DNA from: Pyrinomonadaceae bacterium
GTDB lineage: Bacteria; Acidobacteriota; Blastocatellia; Pyrinomonadales; Pyrinomonadaceae
Assembly: GCA_046313635.1 (NCBI GenBank)
Contig: JBKBYA010000001.1
Location: 224,001-288,000, forward strand
Length of the DNA: 64,000 bases
Reading direction: 5' to 3'
Below, in pieces: positions 9,650-19,853 of the stretch; the stretch's first letter is position 1, and each line of letters opens with the position of its first letter. A program made the position numbers and the translations under genes. The notes beneath the pieces are model-generated. The model saw nothing but the letters and a program-made list of their open reading frames with translations. It had not been told where the DNA came from and ran no database searches.

Positions 9650-12074
9650 TCAGCGGCGAACCGAAGTATGCTGCTGTCCGAGCCGGCCGATCAGCTCTTC
9701 CAAAAGCGCTATAGGAGTGGTCAGCAAACTCACCGCGTCGCTGTCGAAAGACCGATACCTGGTCCGTCGCGCCAGATCGTCGATCGACGACGAGATGTCC
9801 TTGGCGTAATCCACAAGCCAGCGCTCCCGTACCTCAAGGATCTCCGGAAGCTCGGCATAGAAGCTCCTTTTTTCCCGCACGAAGCCCAGGAACTCTTGGG
9901 CTAGATCGGAGCTGCTTCGGTTAAAGACGGCATCGTAGTATCGAACGAGGTAATCGCGATCGCTCGTGATCAGCCGCAAGTAGTACTGGTACTGATCAAC
10001 GTAGTCCTGATCGAGCTGCGCGATCTGCTGCTGGACATTGACGCGGTCGGGGGAGTTCGGAGCCAGGCCCAAATACCGCTGGTAGCTTTGTGACGCGGCC
10101 TTGTATCGGTCATTGGCTTCGTATGCCAAGGCGAGATTGTAGAAACCGCACCAGTCAGTCGGGTTCGCCGAGGCGTATCTCTTAAACGACTGCATAGCCG
10201 ATCTGTAGTCCGACGACGAGAGAGCCCTGACGCCGGCGGAAAGATCGGGATCGCTCGATTTACAAACTTTCGGGACAAATCGGCGAACGTGCTTCTGAAG
10301 CGCCCGGATCAGCTGCCGTCTGTCACACGCGGCGAAGTACTTACCGCCCGTGATCGATGCCAGATACTGAAGATCGCGCTCGGCCACCGAGCCAGCCGGA
10401 ACGTCGAACCCGACCGTCATAAATCTGATCACCGAACCTCCGCGTTGCACTGTCCCGATCTGCGTGCTGAAAACTCCGGGTGGGCGTATATTGCCGCAGG
10501 TACTCTGCCCGTCGCTCAACAAAATGATCTGCCCTTCCTTTGCCGCGGGGTTGGCGGCGAGATACGACTGCATCTCGGCCCAACGTCCTTCGCCTGCGGC
10601 AGCGGTGTCGCCCCGTCAGGCCGCGGCAGCCCGCGCATCACTCCCTCGGCCTGGGTGTAATTACTCGTAAAGCCCAGATGCCGCCGCGTAGAGGACGGGT
10701 CGCACCCGCCCGTAAAGGTCATTATCGAAACCGGCGGCGCCGTTTCCGAACCCCGCAGCTCCCGCAACGCATCAAGCCCAGCCTCCCTCGCCTGGCCGAT
10801 CTTGTTGTTCTCATTCATGCTGCCGGAGACGTCAAACAGAAAAATGGTTGCAACATTCCTAACTGGGGAAGGGTGGGGAATTGGTTCGCTCGGTAGAGAT
10901 TCGCAGCCACCGACGAATCCACAAAGATCAATAACCACCTTTGACAGTACGTCATCACGGTTATACATATCTTTGTGGTCATAACCGCGATTTCCATTTC
11001 GCGTTATGCTTAGAGTTCCTCTTGGAAGGGCAGACCTATCCACATCACCTAATTCGCCCGGTTCGAACCTCCTGACTCGCACTGGCGAACTACAGAAAAA
11101 ATGTGTACCGTTGCCCCCGATGACAGGATTCGGATTGCAGAATAAAGCGCTATTGAATGGAACCATTCCGTCGGTTAGCCCGAAACGTCCATTGAAAGCT
11201 TTGTAAATAATGTTGTTTGTAGCTTCTAGTTGAAGATGGTCGTTCGGAAAAACAACCCTCCATTCAACATCGGACTTCGCTAAGTGACCGGCGTATGCTA
11301 TTAGATTGACAAAATAAGGTGGCATTTTTCCGTTTGCCTCGATAAGCCATATATTTTCGTCTTTACCTAAGCGCTTCAAACCTAACGAGCTATCGAAATC
11401 GTCCCAGCGCAAATCGCTTCGATTAGCTTCGTTTGAAGCCGGCGTCGTTTGTGAATGTTTTGATTTCCACCAGTAAGTTGCTTGAGAAACTTGAAACTTG
11501 TTTCCCCATCCTTTTGCGATAAACGGCTGAAGTGTTGCGAAATCGTTGGCAGGGGGTGTTCCATGATGCAGAGTTGCGAGGGTAATGACTCCAATCACTC
11601 GTCTCCCGCCGTCGTGGTCTACCAAATATGACTTGGCAACCAAGCCCCCCATGCTGTGGGCAAGAATAACGTGATCGCGATTTGGCAATATGCGGCCAGC
11701 GGATTCTTTAAGTTTTTCGGCAATCTTTAGAACGGAGTCGCGGTCGCTGCAATACTGAAAGAGATAAAGCGAGTAGCGGCTCGAAAGTCCGCTCTTTTAT
11801 CGTCGAAAAGTTTTTTGAAGGCCACCCAATACTTGTTGGGCTTCGTAACTTCCGCATCCCGATCTGTTCCGTGTAGGCCGTGAATCAGAATAAGGGGTAT
11901 TTTATCCGGGGCAAATGTACCCTCAACAGAAATCAAAGCTCCAAGCGGACTTCGGGGGTTATCGCATTTCGCCAATGGCTGACTACGATCTGGACGACGT
12001 CGACGCTGTCCGTAGAGGGGATCAGGTAATAAAAGTCCGAATGCAAAAAGTATGAGAATGATTACTACTTTCAT
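9650..12074 (-). pseudogene. secreted alpha/beta hydrolase + VWA + TPR fusion, split by two frameshifts
   Basis: signal peptide and LILIHG (11727..12074); AHSMGG nucleophile elbow and MIDAS FDVSGSM (10516..11688); LLSDG and TPR (9650..10573); frames join near ~11800 and ~10580. Confidence 0.8.
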
Positions 12075-12103
12075 TAAGGAAACCAGAAACCCTTATGTGG
12101 AAT

Positions 12104-12454
12104 TCATCTCCGAATTTGTTCAGCTGTTGCACGCAACGCGCACAGTCCACTTCCCACTGTCGTATTAAAAAGAAGAGTTTGCTCGAGTACGTTTTGTGGA
12201 CTCAAAGTATTCACGCGTAACCGTCGTGAACCTTGGCCGTCGCTTCCTAGCTGCAAATACGCTTCTTGTCTTATTTGATTTGCCTTTTGCCGCATCAACA
12301 TTCCCCAAAGGAACGGAACAAGTGACACCAAAGCGAGTGGGACACCGCAAATCGCTCCAATTCAGGTGACACTGAGCCCTGCCCCGATAGCAAATCCGAA
12401 TATCCCGATTGCAATCAATATCGTGCCGGTTGCGTCTCTTGCGATTTCAGCCAT
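12104..12454 (-). pseudogene. small two-TM membrane protein with in-frame TGA
   Basis: GAGGAG RBS + ATG at 12454: MAEIARDATGTILIAIGIFGFAIGAGLSVT*IGAICGVPLALVSLVPFLWG...; stop at 12362-12364 interrupts a continuous hydrophobic hairpin. Confidence 0.6.
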
Positions 12455-12501
12455 ATTACTCCTCGATCAATTAAGGTGACGGCAGTTCTTTGTCGGGCGG
12501 A

Positions 12502-12900
12502 TTACCAGTTGTATTTGTCGTATTTCGAATCATTCCATTGAGGCGGCGGGGAATCGAGTTGGCGGACCAACTCGATTTGGCCTTCACTTTCGACGGTCAT
12601 CGGGATCGAATCATCCTTCGTGTGCTTGAGAGTAATGATGAAGCCTACCTTGAGTCTCAACGTCATTCTCCCTCGCCCGTAGGATTTGGAATTCGAGTAG
12701 CTGCCCCACCGAACGCTGACGTTTGTATTTTCGTCCATCCTCAATTGATCGCGGGATGAGTAAGGCTTGAACTGGACAACGATGTATATGATTCCGCGCT
12801 TCGGCGGCGGCGTGTAAGTATAAGTCCCGGCGTTCAACTGCACCGGCAGCAAAACGAGCGAGTAGACCGCAACTACAAGTGAAAAGAGTTTCTTGTTCAT
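12502..12900 (-). CDS. secreted hypothetical protein
   Basis: GGAG RBS, signal peptide MNKKLFSLVVAVYSLVLLPVQLNA. Confidence 0.65.
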   Translation of the reverse strand: MNKKLFSLVVAVYSLVLLPVQLNAGTYTYTPPPKRGIIYIVVQFKPYSSRDQLRMDENTNVSVRWGSYSNSKSYGRGRMTLRLKVGFIITLKHTKDDSIPMTVESEGQIELVRQLDSPPPQWNDSKYDKYNW

Positions 12901-13040
12901 ATTTTCTCCATTCGGAAGGCTCGAGTTTGTGTTCTAGTATGTTGGCTCACGCCCCGTTTTGTAATCAATTCTGACTAATATCGACTTGGGCTGGTACCGC
13001 GACACCCAGAGGCGGTTTGCTATCGAGGGGCCATGTTCTC

Positions 13041-14993
13041 CTAGTCGGACGTGAATGCGCGGCGGAAAGTCCCGTTCGAATAAACGTAGAGATAAGCAGA
13101 TGCGCTGCACGTCCCACCAACCGGAGCATCGGTTGTCAGATATTTTGTCACCCGATCAAAATTGTCGTTAACGATCTCACCGTAGCTTTCCCCTTTAACC
13201 GCCGAAGCTAGTCCTTGCTCTCGCATCTCGGAGAGGCTGCCGCTTTCGAGAATGTGCGGCGTGAAACCGCCTGCTCTACTTACGAAAGCGATAATGAATC
13301 CTTTCCGAGCCGTACTGAACTTAACCGTGTAATCCGTCACACCGTCACCGTTGTAATCACCTTCTACGCGGGATTTGCGAAACTCGTCAACGCACGAAGT
13401 GGACGCCGTCGCGAATCCCCACCGTGGATATGTCTTGCTGAGGTAAGCATTCACAATTGCCGGCAGGCCCCGCACGAGCGTTTGAGCTTTGGACTTAACC
13501 GCGCGTAGCCGGTTAGAACCGCCTCCGTCGCGCGGCGTTCGCACTACCAAGGTCGATCCGGCGCCGCCCATATTAATGTTTCGAGAGGCCGGTAACGAAC
13601 CGCCGATCGCCGTACTCGGGGCTCCGTTCATTGCGTTTGTATATTCCCGCTCGCCGATCTTTGCGTTCCCGAAGTCCATATCGTGATAGCTGTAAGCTAT
13701 CGCCCGATTGAGATACTTCAACCGTTGTTGAGCGGACGGGTGACTGGAGTATAGGGACTGCAAGGCCTGACCTGATGTGGCTGCGGCTGTCGCGGGCTTT
13801 GTATTTCTAACGATCTCGCGCCACACCTTCGAAGCCTCGCGGGGGTCATAACCGGCCCGGACCATGTAGTAAAGGCCTACCCTGTCGGCCTGATCTTCTT
13901 TGTGGCGATCGAACGCAGTTGCGAAGACCAGCGAAGTAAGGAGACCGGCACCGCCGTCTTTGCCGCCCATTGCACGACTGGCAAGAGCGCCTCCGAGAAC
14001 GATCAGTCCCTGTTTCCATTGGTCGTCAGCCGTCTTGCGGGAGTGTTCGTGGGTGACGTGGGCGATCTCATGGCCGAGAACCGTCGCGAGTTGCGCTTCG
14101 TTCCGAATTTGCTTAAGCAGTCCGGTATGGATCGCGACAAATCCGTCAGGAGTGGCGAATGCGTTAAACGAGTCGTCCTCTATAACCGCAAACCGGAATG
14201 TGACCTTCCCCGGATTGTCGTTGGGCTGGTCCTTGTAATAACGGGGAATCAATCTGTTGCCGACGGCAGTCACATATGTTTGAAGTCGGAGATTGTTGAC
14301 GAATTTCACCTCTTTGCCATCGATCGTCCCCCTGCCTCCTGTCAGGTTGGCCGGGAGCCGTAAGCCTTTTTCGGTCGCTGTCTTAAGTGCTCGGTCCGTG
14401 TCGGTAAATAGATTCGGCTCGGTTTTGCCCTCGCTTGCGTAAAGTAACCCGTCAGCTCGGCGGGTGCCCTTCAGCCAGACCTCCGATCCGAGCTGCATCT
14501 CGTCAAAGGACGCAAATGTCTTCCCTTTCCACTCATCGACGCCTCGCACTACCGCGCCCGGCGCGAGTTTTACCGCCTTACCGTCGATCCAGGCTTTGTC
14601 GCCTTCAAGTCCCTCGAGATAGCCTTTGGCTTCGTCTTCCCACTTCTCTAGAGGTGTCTCAACCTTGATTACAGAGGCGACAATACGACCGCCGAACCTT
14701 TCTCCCTCAATTGTGATTCTCATTCCCGGCCGGACGAGATCTCGGTCGATCGGTCTGTTTGCTCTGTTAACAAAGCGCGTTCTCGTCGAAACTGGCAATT
14801 CTAACGACTCAGTTTCTATAAAGTTGTTGTCATCGATGTCTACTATCAGGTTTTCATACGGCTCTTTGAATTGCAGGACGTAAGCGCCCTGCTTCTTAAT
14901 GGGTATCCCAATTTCCCGTTGAGGGTACGCAGTCGAAACGATGAGCGTAAAGATCAGGAACAGTGACACTAAGCTGGACGGTACCTTTCCCAT
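13041..14993 (-). CDS. M48 family metallopeptidase with N-terminal OB-like (DUF5666-like) repeats
   Basis: FNAFATPDG, LATVLGHEIAHV (HExxH), EDQADRVG, AGYDP, SSHP; signal peptide. Confidence 0.88.
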   Translation of the reverse strand: MGKVPSSLVSLFLIFTLIVSTAYPQREIGIPIKKQGAYVLQFKEPYENLIVDIDDNNFIETESLELPVSTRTRFVNRANRPIDRDLVRPGMRITIEGERFGGRIVASVIKVETPLEKWEDEAKGYLEGLEGDKAWIDGKAVKLAPGAVVRGVDEWKGKTFASFDEMQLGSEVWLKGTRRADGLLYASEGKTEPNLFTDTDRALKTATEKGLRLPANLTGGRGTIDGKEVKFVNNLRLQTYVTAVGNRLIPRYYKDQPNDNPGKVTFRFAVIEDDSFNAFATPDGFVAIHTGLLKQIRNEAQLATVLGHEIAHVTHEHSRKTADDQWKQGLIVLGGALASRAMGGKDGGAGLLTSLVFATAFDRHKEDQADRVGLYYMVRAGYDPREASKVWREIVRNTKPATAAATSGQALQSLYSSHPSAQQRLKYLNRAIAYSYHDMDFGNAKIGEREYTNAMNGAPSTAIGGSLPASRNINMGGAGSTLVVRTPRDGGGSNRLRAVKSKAQTLVRGLPAIVNAYLSKTYPRWGFATASTSCVDEFRKSRVEGDYNGDGVTDYTVKFSTARKGFIIAFVSRAGGFTPHILESGSLSEMREQGLASAVKGESYGEIVNDNFDRVTKYLTTDAPVGGTCSASAYLYVYSNGTFRRAFTSD

Positions 14994-15200
14994 AAATCAC
15001 TGCCGTGCTGTGCCCACAGGGGGACGCTTGAAAGGTGAAAGTTTGTAGTTAATAGAACGAAGCCTCGGCAAAAAGTTCGAACGAATGTGTTGTGTCAACG
15101 TTTTATCATTCCGCCAGCCTGACAACATCTCATGGCCTTGAAAGATCTCATGGTTTTATGTTCGATTTTCTGAAGCCCAAAGTTAGCTAAAATCTACTGA

Positions 15201-15846
15201 TTGTCTATGAATTTTGTGTTAATTAACTTTGAAATGTCCGTGAATCACATCGAGTTGAAGGACGAGTTTCGCACGAGGGGTTTGAAAGTGGGGCGAGATG
15301 CGTTGTTCGATTATTTAAGAGCGGAGCATCTTCTTATCAGGCCGAAACGGAACTACACGAAGACGACGAACTCGAAACACTGGTTGAAGAAGCATCCGAA
15401 CCTTCTTGCGGGAAGAAAGGTCGGACGCCCGGAGGAGGTCTTCGCCAGTGACATTACTTACGTGAAGAGCCGGGAGCGGACACACTATCTGGCTCTGGTG
15501 ACCGATGCCTACAGCCGAAGGATCATGGGATCACCTAAGCGGCGACCTGAGTGCCGAGAACATCGTCCAGGCGTTGAAGATGGCCGTCGCTAATCGCATC
15601 GGCGATAAGCCCCTGATCCATCATTCCGACCGCGGGCTGCAGTACGCCGCCGAGGTCTATCAAAAAGAATTGAGACGAAGTAACATCACGCCTTCGATGA
15701 CCGACGGCTACGACTGTTACCAAAACGCACTGGCCGAACGAATCAACGGCATCCTAAAACAAGAATTCTTGTTCGGCACATGCAACACCGGAAAGGAGCT
15801 AATGCAAAATCCCGCGCGTGCCAATCAGTTTCTGATGGAGCCTTAG
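15201..15846 (+). mobile_element. IS3-family transposase remnant (frameshifted, truncated)
   Basis: DDE integrase core SDITYV...LVTDAYSRRI / IHHSDRGLQY...QNALAERINGILKQE split over two frames near 15530. Confidence 0.85.
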
Positions 15847-16008
15847 GTTTAGATCACAGCCCGGTACCCACGGAAAGACCCCGGCCACGTCGGCTGGCAC
15901 TCGCTAAACAACCTGGAAGTTCGGACTGCGGTAGTATCCAAGTGCCGTCCGAGACATTCCGCATATCGCTCTTATTATTTCTAGTGGGAATTTTGGTGGG
16001 AATGAAAC

Positions 16009-16029
16009 AAGCGGCCTTTCGGGCCGCTT
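16009..16029 (-). terminator. hairpin downstream of tRNA-Asn
   Basis: AAGCGGCC-TTTCG-GGCCGCTT inverted repeat. Confidence 0.6.
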
Positions 16030-16045
16030 AAATTATTGAAGATAT

Positions 16046-16120
<75 letters not shown>

Positions 16121-16265
16121 GTGCGCTCGTTTTAGAGCGAAGTTCAAGATTAGGAACTTCACGATTTGTTGTCAAGCGTTAGCGGCCGGCGTTGCGGCGG
16201 GGACGCGGCGGGCTTAGAATGCTCGGGAATTCGGTACATTCGGCACGTTAGGCCCCGAGGAATCT

Positions 16266-16703
16266 ATGCCCAAGCACAAGCCAAAGACACGCGAGACGGA
16301 CGCAAGTGTCGATGATTTTCTCAGATCGGTCGACGATGACACGCGGCGGTCTGACGCGTATCGAGTGCTGGAGATATTTGAGCGGGCCACCGGCGAGACG
16401 CCGAAGATGTGGGGTACGGCGATCGTCGGTTTCGGCAGTTGTCCGATCAAATATGCCGACGGCCGATCGCTCGACTGGCCGATCGCGGCATTCTCGCCGC
16501 GCAAGCAGAATCTGACGCTCTACGTTATCAGCTCCTCGCCGCGGCAGCCGGAGCTGCTGGCCAGACTCGGCCGGCACACTAAGAGCAAAGCGTGCCTTTA
16601 CATCAAGCGGCTCGCCGATGTCGACGAGGCGGTGCTCGAGCACCTCGTCAGGGACTCGTATGAATTCGTCAAGAACAAGACGGCCGGATCCTGCGGTCTC
16701 TGA
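16266..16703 (+). CDS. DUF1801 domain protein
   Basis: PKMWGTAIVGFG, AFSPRKQNLTLY, LGRHTKSKACLYIKRLADVD. Confidence 0.85.
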   Translation: MPKHKPKTRETDASVDDFLRSVDDDTRRSDAYRVLEIFERATGETPKMWGTAIVGFGSCPIKYADGRSLDWPIAAFSPRKQNLTLYVISSSPRQPELLARLGRHTKSKACLYIKRLADVDEAVLEHLVRDSYEFVKNKTAGSCGL

Positions 16704-16728
16704 CAAACCCGGCCCGCCCGCGTATAAT
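16700..16728 (+). promoter_or_regulatory. sigma70 promoter of guaA
   Basis: CTGACA-N17-TATAAT. Confidence 0.65.
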
Positions 16729-16762
16729 CGTTCCTTTACAAACCGCACGTGGAGCGATTCCT

Positions 16763-18307
16763 TTGCAGCACGAACTAGTTTTGATCCTCGATTTCGGCTC
16801 GCAGTACACGCAGCTGATCGCGCGCCGTGTACGCGAGCAAGGCGTTTATTGCGAGATCCATCCGTTTCATCTTTCGGTCGATGAGATCGTCAAGCGTCGG
16901 CCGAAGGGAGTCATCCTGTCGGGCGGCCCGTCGAGCGTGACCGATGAGGAAGCACCGCGCGTCGAGCCAGACTTTTATCAGAGGGTCGACGCGCCGGTAC
17001 TTGGCATCTGCTACGGGATGCAGCTCGTGGCGGTCGACCTCGGCGGGGCGAGCGAGCCGGCGTCGCGACGCGAGTACGGACATGCGAAGCTCAAGGTCTT
17101 GAGCGGCGAGACGAGACTATTCGACGAGATGCCTTTCGAGCTCGACGTGTGGATGAGTCACGGCGACCATGTGACCCATTTGCCTCCGGGCTTTCACACG
17201 ACCGCGACGACGGGCGATGTGATCACGGCATTCGAAGATCGCGAACGCGGCTTCTACTGCGTGCAGTTTCATCCAGAGGTCTCGCACACGCCGCTCGGTC
17301 GAGAGATACTTCGCAACTTTCTTTTTAAGATCTGCGGCTGCCGCGGGGACTGGACGCCGTCGCAGTTCATCGCCGAAGAGGTCGAGAAGATAAGAAACAT
17401 CGTCGGCGAGACCGGCAACGTCGTCTGCGGTCTGTCGGGCGGCGTCGACTCCACGGTCGCGGCGGCGCTCGTTCACGAGGCGATCGGCGACCGCCAGACG
17501 TGCATCTTCGTCAACAACGGTCTGCTGCGCTACAACGAGTTTGAGGACACGCTCGCCGCATACAAGAACAATCTCCATCTCAACGTCCGCGGTGTCGATG
17601 CGAGCCGCGAGTTTTACGCGGCGCTCAAAGGCATCAGCGACCCCGAGCAGAAGCGCAAGGCGATCGGCCGAACATTTATCGAGATCTTCGACGCCGAGGC
17701 AAAGAGGATCGGCGACGTCAAATGGCTTGTGCAGGGCACGCTCTATCCCGACGTGATCGAGTCGGTCAGCCTGCGCGGAGCGTCGGTGACGATCAAGACA
17801 CATCACAACGTCGGCGGCTTGCCGGAGAAGATGGATCTTAAATTGATCGAGCCGCTGCGCGAGCTATTCAAGGATGAGGTCCGCGCGATCGGCCGCGATC
17901 TGGGCATCCCGGAAATGATCCTCGAACGGCATCCCTTCCCCGGCCCGGGGCTCGGCGTACGCATTCTCGGCGAGATCACGCAGGACAAGGTCGAGCTGCT
18001 GCAGAGGGCCGACAAGATCTTTATCGACGAGCTGCACAACTTTGGTTTGTACCGCGACGTGTGGCAGGCCTTTGCGGTTCTGCTGCCGATCCACTCGGTC
18101 GGCGTGATGGGCGACTTCAGAACGTACGAGCAGGCGGTCGCGCTTCGCGCGGTGACGTCGACCGACGGGATGACGGCCGACTGGGCGCGTCTGCCGCACG
18201 ACTTCCTCGCCTCGGTCTCGTCGCGCATCACGAGCGAGGTCCGCGGTGTGAATCGTGTCGTGTACGACATCTCGTCAAAGCCGCCGAGCACGATCGAGTG
18301 GGAATGA
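16763..18307 (+). CDS. guaA: GMP synthase (glutamine-hydrolysing)
   Basis: ILDFGSQYTQLIARR, LGICYGMQ, QFHPEV, GLSGGVDS, QGTLYPDVIES, SKPPSTIEWE; TTG start. Confidence 0.98.
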   Translation: MQHELVLILDFGSQYTQLIARRVREQGVYCEIHPFHLSVDEIVKRRPKGVILSGGPSSVTDEEAPRVEPDFYQRVDAPVLGICYGMQLVAVDLGGASEPASRREYGHAKLKVLSGETRLFDEMPFELDVWMSHGDHVTHLPPGFHTTATTGDVITAFEDRERGFYCVQFHPEVSHTPLGREILRNFLFKICGCRGDWTPSQFIAEEVEKIRNIVGETGNVVCGLSGGVDSTVAAALVHEAIGDRQTCIFVNNGLLRYNEFEDTLAAYKNNLHLNVRGVDASREFYAALKGISDPEQKRKAIGRTFIEIFDAEAKRIGDVKWLVQGTLYPDVIESVSLRGASVTIKTHHNVGGLPEKMDLKLIEPLRELFKDEVRAIGRDLGIPEMILERHPFPGPGLGVRILGEITQDKVELLQRADKIFIDELHNFGLYRDVWQAFAVLLPIHSVGVMGDFRTYEQAVALRAVTSTDGMTADWARLPHDFLASVSSRITSEVRGVNRVVYDISSKPPSTIEWE

Positions 18308-19684
18308 TCATTCGATCGTTGGATCGAGCGACTTGATCTTTTTGTTCTTATCGAAAACGAAGACCCACAGCACAGCTTTGCTTCCGTGGATGGCGCGATA
18401 CTTCCGGGTGATCTCGCCGTCTTTTGAGATCTCTTCGATCAGATCGAGCGATGCGAGCGGATCCAATTGACCAAACAGCGGCAGGCCAAACCGTCTGAAG
18501 GCGGGGACAAGCTCGGCCTGAGCGTCTGTCGTGAACAGGGTCTCGTCGACGGTGTCTCGCATCCCATCCGCAATGAACTTGCGAACAAGCCGTGTGAGAT
18601 CGGCGTCGCTGTCCGTGATCGGCCGCGACGGCTTCACCGCCGGCCGCGGGAAATAGACGTCGGCAATGCCCCGCGCCAGATAGGGAAAGAGCCGCTGGCC
18701 ATTTGTGAGGACGGCGATCGTCAAACGCTCCCGCGGGAAGCGAAGGATGTCTGCCAACGCCGGGCCGCCGCTGTGGCCGACCGTTTGGCGGCCGGAGTAT
18801 TCGTCGACTACCCAGCCGACTCCGAACGAGTTTTGCGAGCCGTCGCCGAGCATATCGCGCCGCCAGATCGCCTCGCGGCCGCGGTCTGAGACCAGCTTGC
18901 CGCGGTCGAGGGCGACAGCGAGCTTTGCCAGGTCGGCCGCACTTGTCAGCAGCCCGCCGGCGCTGTAACCGCGTTCGCGGAACAAGAACCAGAACTTGCG
19001 GTGACGGCCGTTTTCCCAGTTGTACACCTCGGCCCGACCGGCTACCACGTCGGCGACCCGGATGCCGCCTTGATCCGCCGCGTGGTCAAAGCGCGAATCG
19101 CTCATTCCCGATGGCCCGAAAATGCGGGACTCGAGCAGCTGCTCGTAGCTTTGACCCGTTACCTTCTCGAGGACGTGCTGCAAGACCACAAAGTCCGTGA
19201 AGCCATATTGAGACCGTGTGCCGGGCTCGTATACCAACGCGGTCTTGTACGCGGCCTCGACATAGTTTGCGACCGAGGCGTCGGGCGGCACTTTTATGTC
19301 GTCGCTTAGACCAGACGAATGTGTCGCAAGGTGACGTACCGTTATCGCCTGCCACGACGCCGGAGCCTCGGGCAGATAGGCCCTCACGGAATCCGACAGG
19401 GCGATCTTGCCCTCGTCGACGAGCGACATAACTGCCAGGCCCGTAAAGATCTTTGTCGCCGATGCGATCTGAAACACGGTCGACGGCGTGACCGGTCGCC
19501 GCCATTCGAGATTCGCGACGCCGTAGCCGGCCAGCTTTACCACCCGGCCGTCCTTGACGACCGCAACGGAAACTCCCGGAATATGATTGCGGCGCATCTG
19601 CGCGCGTATGTAGTCGTCGATCCGGTCGGCTAATGCGGAGCTGGTCAAGAGCAGCAGGACGGAAGCGGCGGCGAGGAATTTCAT
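18308..19684 (-). CDS. serine hydrolase, beta-lactamase/AmpC-like family
   Basis: FQIASATK (SxxK), LATHSSGL, GHSGG; signal peptide from ATG 19684. Confidence 0.88.
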   Translation of the reverse strand: MKFLAAASVLLLLTSSALADRIDDYIRAQMRRNHIPGVSVAVVKDGRVVKLAGYGVANLEWRRPVTPSTVFQIASATKIFTGLAVMSLVDEGKIALSDSVRAYLPEAPASWQAITVRHLATHSSGLSDDIKVPPDASVANYVEAAYKTALVYEPGTRSQYGFTDFVVLQHVLEKVTGQSYEQLLESRIFGPSGMSDSRFDHAADQGGIRVADVVAGRAEVYNWENGRHRKFWFLFRERGYSAGGLLTSAADLAKLAVALDRGKLVSDRGREAIWRRDMLGDGSQNSFGVGWVVDEYSGRQTVGHSGGPALADILRFPRERLTIAVLTNGQRLFPYLARGIADVYFPRPAVKPSRPITDSDADLTRLVRKFIADGMRDTVDETLFTTDAQAELVPAFRRFGLPLFGQLDPLASLDLIEEISKDGEITRKYRAIHGSKAVLWVFVFDKNKKIKSLDPTIE

Positions 19685-19853
19685 ATTGATGTCGATATCT
19701 GCACTCGTTAACGCGTAGTTTTTGATCCGAATGGATCGGGAGCACCTGCGCGGTCCCGCGAGCTTCGAAAAATGACAAAATGAATGACCGTGCGGATCTT
19801 TTGAAACGAAAGACCTCGAAGCCGAGTAATACTCGAGCAAACCTTTAAATCAT

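Noticed and set aside
9650..12074. TerY-P defence triad
   Set aside because: The VWA is fused within a secreted hydrolase and no PP2C is present
12362..12364. Selenocysteine or recoded TGA
   Set aside because: Context is a TM hairpin where Gly fits; other genes use TGA as stop; no SECIS recognised
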